From Sphaerodactylus townsendi (Eukaryota): a stretch of DNA of 64,000 nt. The stretch's first letter is position 1. Each line of letters opens with the position of its first letter. The position numbers and the translations under genes were made by a program. The stretch lies in contig NC_059437.1 in assembly GCF_021028975.2 (NCBI RefSeq), positions 46,314,001 to 46,378,000 of the forward strand. Reading direction: 5' to 3'. The notes under the pieces were generated by a model. That model worked only from the letters and a program-made list of their open reading frames with translations. It was not told the origin of the DNA and did no database searches. This document shows positions 61,401 to 64,000 of this stretch, in pieces.

Positions 61401-62350
61401 AATATAGTTGTCCTTTGACTGAAAGATTGTCTTGTTTTCAATTAGCTGAGGCCTTCTGTTCTTGGACCTTATCCAACATTTGGCCATGGTCACGATGACT
61501 AGATCAGGATTGTCAACTTCCAGGTGGGGCACGGAGATCTCCCGAAATTATGTCTGATCTGCACACTATCGTGATAGGGAAATCAGCAGAGTAGAATTAG
61601 AAGAGACCAATACCCCGCCCCCAGAATGCCCGGTCACGCCCCCATTGTGCCCCGCCCAGCCCCATTGGCACTACGCCACAGTTTGAATCCCACCACCATG
61701 GGAACCTGTTACTAAAATTTTTGGATCCCACCACTGAACCTCATTGAGGTCGCTCTCCTTCCCAAACCCCATTCTCCCCAGACTCCATCCTCAAACATCC
61801 AGGAATTTACCAATCCAGAGTTGGCAAACCTAGACTAAATAAAGGCAGGCTGTAGCTGAATTCTCAAAAGGAAGATGGAGCTAATAATGACCAAGTGCTT
61901 TGGAACATAGATAAGAGTAACTTTTGGTTAAATGATCCAACTGGGTTGGCAGCTGTGACCACGCTGGGTCTGATTCTGGCATGAAAGAGATGCACTGATG
62001 AATCTCTCTCAGGCACATGTGGTCATTTAAATGTTCTCTCAGCCAAATGGAAACTATCCACAAAGAAACATCTCCCACACAATGTAATCATCAGTATGAT
62101 ATATAAAGGAAACATCGTTTAATGGGTATCTGGGCTGCATAGCCGTGTTCTAGTAGCATTTTCTCCCGACGTTTTGCCTGCATCTATGGCTGGCATCTTC
62201 AGAGGATCATCTGAGGCTGAAGATTCCAGCCACAGATGCAGGTGAAATTTCAGGAGAAAATGCTACTACTAGAACTCTGTCGTACAGCCAGGAAACCACA
62301 AAACACCCCAGTGATTCTGGCCGTAAAAGCCTTCAACAATATGTTTAATG

Positions 62351-62755
62351 CAGTGGTGGGATCCAAAAATTTTAGTAACAGGTTCCCATGGTGGTGGGAT
62401 TCAAACAGTGGCGTAGCACCAATGGGGCTGGGCGGGGCACTACGGGGGCGTGGCTGGGCATTCTGGGGCGGGGCATTCCTGGGCAGGGCTGTGGCTTAGG
62501 GGCCAGCAACCACTGCGGGGGTCCTTGAGTGGGAAGCTTAGTGCACACAGAAGCGGCAGGCTGCCACGCACGCCGATGAACCTCCTGTTAGACTGCTTCA
62601 AGTTCTGCGCGCTACTGCTGAGGAGCGGAGGAGGGGCGTAACTAAGGCAAAAATCACGTGGCAAAATCACCAATTAGTAACCCCCTCTCGGCACACACAA
62701 ATAATTAGTAACCTACTCTCTGGAACCTGTGAGAACCTGCTGGATCCCACCTCTG
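62351..62755. mobile_element. Non-autonomous hAT element (405 bp); inverted partial copy at 61613-61736
   Basis: TIR cagtggtgggatcc...ggatcccacctctg; TSD gtttaatg. Confidence 0.85.
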
Positions 62756-63260
62756 GTTTAATGGGTACTTGACAAGGATTGTGGACTTCCAGATAGTGGC
62801 TGGAGATCTCCTGCTATTACAGCTGATCTCCAAACAATAGAGGTCAGTTCCCCTGGACAAAATGGGGCTGGAGCCTGAGGAGGGTGGGTTGGAGAAGGGG
62901 AAGGACTTCAGTGGGGTGTGACGCCACACAGTCCATCTTCCAAAATCAGCCATTTTCTTCAGGGAACTGATCTCTGTTGCCTGGAGACCAGTTGTAATAG
63001 TAGGAAATCTCCATCCGCAACCTGGAAGTTAGCAACCATAGAGGTAGCCTTAGGCAGAGGCGTAGGAGGAGATCTCCAGCCACTATCTGGAAGTCCAAGG
63101 GGGAGGCTGACGCACCAGGCATGGGCCCCTGTGGGTGTATGGTGAGGGCGTTCCAGGGTGGGGCAGGGTTATTTTAGGACGGGACAGGGGCGGAGGATGC
63201 ACCAGTGCACCGAGCCTTTCCCCCCCCCCCTTGCTATGCCTCTGGCCTTAGGTTCTAGAT

Positions 63261-63390
63261 CATAGGTGTCAAACTCGCGGCCCTCCAGATGTTATGGTCT
63301 GCTGTTCCCATCATCCCCTGCCAGCATCATGCTGGGGTGATGGGAGCTGTAGTCCATAACATCTGGAGGGCCATGAGTTTGACACCTGTG
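63261..63390. mobile_element. hAT hairpin MITE
   Basis: TIR cataggtgtcaaac...gtttgacacctgtg; TSD ttctagat. Confidence 0.87.
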
Positions 63391-64000
63391 TTCTAGATAA
63401 ACTGCAAGATATTTTGAAGGCAACTAGGCTGGCTTTCCATTTATCTTCATCTTAACTGCTGATTCTGAACCGAACACATTTCCCGGAGAAATTGTTGAAG
63501 GCAGATTTAGAATGGCACCTTCGGTGTGGAACTGCCCATTAGAAAAATGCCTGCGTATAGAGAATAGGTGCTGAAGACCTTGACCGATCGCCCTTGAATG
63601 CTTGACCATACCGAAAACGGAGGAGGCTGAGAAGGAAGGAATGACTGCCGGGAAAAGATACAAACCTGGGTCTGAAAGCAGCTTAATCGAAGGGACAAAC
63701 ACCTCGGATTGGATCTGTGACCGTTGCAAATCCCCCATTTTGGAACAGCAGCAGAATTGGCAGTTTCTTGAAAGGATTAGGGGTGCCTGTCCTCAGGTGA
63801 CCTCTGGAAAAGAAACCTGCTAACAGGGCTTTAAAATCCCTTCAAAAGAACCACCCTCTTCAACCTGCTTACTTTTCCCTTTTATGCTGTTTTGCTCTCA
63901 GCTCAGCAGGGTTTTTTCCCCTCTCGGTCCCGTTATTTGCTTGTCTGAGACTATCCTCTCAGCTTACCGCCCGGAGAAGTAATCCCTAGTGAGAACTTCG

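Noticed and set aside
57200-63400. CHFR 3' exons expected from synteny
   Set aside because: I could not find the CHFR C-terminal motif (CYWGRNCRTQ...FNHICEQ) in the ORF track or by eye; the region is mostly repeats and AT-rich sequence.

Overview
Eukaryotic genomic DNA from a squamate reptile. The repeat complement (Sauria and 5S-derived SINEs, Squam-type SINEs, SPIN, Dong/R4, Penelope) points to a lizard, probably a gecko; the species is my inference. Two tandem minus-strand genes fill the window in the conserved amniote order. GOLGA3 (golgin-160) is complete: CpG promoter and non-coding exon 1 near 55.6-56.0 kb, 23 coding exons from 51305 to 17734, and a ~4.5 kb 3'UTR ending near 13.26 kb. 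ANKLE2 (LEM4) is present as its 5' part: CpG promoter ~10.1-11.9 kb and exons 1-5, running off the left edge. I derived all exon boundaries by hand from GT/AG sites and codon phase. Three GOLGA3 exons contain dense patches of extra bases (+21, +7, +5 nt) causing stops or frameshifts. Similar garbling in nearby repeats suggests unpolished long-read error rather than gene loss. Introns are full of SINEs, CR1/L2/Dong/Penelope fragments and hAT, Harbinger and Tc/mariner MITEs. The best leads are a uORF-rich GOLGA3 leader with a 109-codon overlapping frame, a 47-bp locally templated insertion inside a hAT element, a SPIN MITE with a CORE-SINE-like filler, and ACGTGGC/CLEAR-like motifs in both promoters. 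I found no convincing wholly new biological system.
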